Assembly: GCA_033442325.1 (NCBI GenBank)
Contig: JAWQFM010000003.1
Coordinates: forward strand, 1,961,490 to 2,025,489
Length of the DNA stretch: 64,000 nt
Origin: Salpingoeca rosetta
Lineage: Eukaryota > Protista > Choanoflagellata
Direction of reading: 5' to 3'
Shown here: positions 63,609 through 64,000 of the stretch, in pieces
Layout of the letters: every line of letters starts with the position of its first letter
Position numbering within the stretch: the stretch's first letter is position 1
Made by a program: the position numbers and the translations under genes
Notes under the pieces: model-generated
What the model was told of the DNA's origin: nothing
Seen by the model: only the letters and a program-made list of their open reading frames with translations
The model's database searches: none

Positions 63609-64000
63609 TGGATGACGGGCCTTCGATGGCAGTGTGTGTGTGTGTGTGTGTGTTCGCTTGTGCATGGATGTGTGCATGTATGCGTGTGTGCTGAGCGCAA
63701 ACGCATAGAGCAAGGGCGAAGAGTGTTGTGCTTGCTCTCTTCTTGTCACTGATACGAACGCGCTTGTATGACCCACCAGTGCAACACCACACACACGCGC
63801 GCGCGCACACACACACGCACACACCAACTATGTTCCCTGATGCGACAATAGAAGACGTACGTAACACACCATTTATCGTTAGAGAGACAAGCCGCAATCA
63901 CGCCGGCAATAGGTGGAAGGGGCGGGCACTACAGCAACGTAACACGCATTCAGCGCAGCGCGCTAGGGTTAAGAGGAAAGATAGCAAGAGAGAGAGAGAC

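Overview
Eukaryotic, intron-dense genomic DNA with GC-rich exons, GT-AG introns filled with (CA)n/(CT)n/(CAA)n microsatellites, and four N-gaps. The style and gene content suggest a choanoflagellate such as Salpingoeca rosetta (inferred, not proven). Most short ORFs in the six-frame track are microsatellite artefacts. About 13 genes can be assembled by hand, left to right: a partial unknown gene, a CE4 chitin-deacetylase-like membrane protein, a PP2C phosphatase, an intronless fukutin homologue, an intronless Tyr-rich type I membrane protein, a vinculin/alpha-catenin-family protein, a SAM + multi-SH2-like protein, CCT2, a Ki-67-like protein, mitochondrial HSP60, a large RS-rich/helical-repeat protein, a tiny single-pass membrane protein, a UDP-glucuronate 4-epimerase-like enzyme, and an ER-retained MANF-C-terminal-domain protein. 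The standout is the ~1498-aa gene at 36251-41823 (-). It has a Ki-67-type FHA domain, the Ki-67/RepoMan PP1-docking motif, 11+2 tandem WH2-like repeats each carrying a CDK consensus site, a very acidic tract and three SAP domains. A CDE/E2F-CHR-like element lies about 220 bp upstream of its start. All homology calls are from recalled motifs; no searches were run.
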